From NCBI RefSeq assembly GCF_016757755.1, contig NZ_CP068437.1:761588-785587 (forward strand): DNA of 24,000 nt. The letters run 5' to 3'. The translations under genes were made by a program, and so were the position numbers. A model generated the notes under the pieces. The model made no database searches and was not told where the DNA came from. It saw only the letters and a list, made by a program, of their open reading frames with translations. Every line of letters begins with the position of its first letter. Positions within the stretch are counted from its first letter, which is position 1. Positions 23,692 through 24,000 of the stretch are shown here, piece after piece. The stretch comes from Shewanella sp. KX20019 (GTDB taxonomy: Bacteria > Pseudomonadota > Gammaproteobacteria > Enterobacterales > Shewanellaceae).

Positions 23692-24000
23692 TTACTTTTG
23701 TTGGAATTGGTACTCCTTTACGGGCTTAGCGCCAAGCAGATGTTCTACAAAATAATCCCAACGTTTACGCACAAAGTAGTCACTGTCATTTAGGAAGTGG
23801 TTACGGTTAGGGTAGATCATCAAGTCAAAATCTTTGTTGGCTTTTATCAGTTTATCGACCAGTTGCAGTGTGGCAGCAGGGTTAACATTATCGTCAAGTT
23901 CACCATGGGCTAGCAGTAGCTTACCTTTGAGTTTGGCAATACTGTCCATATTTAAGTTGCTTTGCTGATCCCAATGTTTGGCGACGGGGTAGCCTAACCA
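23692..24000 (-). CDS. C-terminal part of an S9-family (DPP-IV / prolyl oligopeptidase-type) serine peptidase, partial at the window edge
   Basis: The frame is open to position 24000 (WLGYPVAKHWDQQSNLNMDSIAKLKGKLLLAHGELDDNV...YPNRNHFL). LLxHGxxDDNV and the terminal His are the catalytic Asp/His region of S9B peptidases. Confidence 0.75.
   Translation of the reverse strand, partial: WLGYPVAKHWDQQSNLNMDSIAKLKGKLLLAHGELDDNVNPAATLQLVDKLIKANKDFDLMIYPNRNHFLNDSDYFVRKRWDYFVEHLLGAKPVKEYQFQQK

Overview
This is a gammaproteobacterial chromosome segment. A marine Alteromonadales- or Vibrionales-like host is only a guess from protein flavour. Housekeeping-type genes sit on both sides of an accessory island at about 8.7-20.4 kb, which looks more AT-rich by eye.

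Left flank: a YdiI/YbdB-type thioesterase, a small membrane protein, a clade-3 catalase, a UPF0016/GDT1 Mn/Ca exporter behind a probable yybP-ykoY Mn riboswitch, a TyrP-like aromatic amino-acid permease and an S46 dipeptidyl-peptidase.

Right flank: a fatty-acid hydroxylase family protein, a small secreted protein, a Crp/Fnr regulator, an RluF-like pseudouridine synthase, a membrane protein and the 3' end of an S9/DPP-IV peptidase.

The island holds an AHL quorum-sensing module. It consists of a LuxI synthase, a perfect 14-bp lux/tra-type palindrome, an unknown 306-aa protein and a LuxR regulator. This module converges on a class III lanthipeptide operon encoding an 887-aa LanKC-type lyase-kinase-cyclase without Zn ligands and a 530-aa ABC exporter.

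The main discovery is four tandem precursor genes of 32-34 codons that are absent from the ORF track. They lie in about 141-bp repeats at 16421-16942 on the minus strand. Each has an exact class III leader motif (ILNLQTL) and one S-x-x-S-x-x-C ring motif (STISNHC).

The island edge carries a 5'-truncated ISAs1 transposase gene interrupted by an intact IS3-family element, plus a solo IS3-type IR remnant next to luxR. Other notable items are an 11.7-copy 7-bp CTAG-containing microsatellite, a 17-codon uORF before the catalase gene, and several orphan RNA-like hairpins. All homology statements rest on motif recognition by eye; no searches were run.
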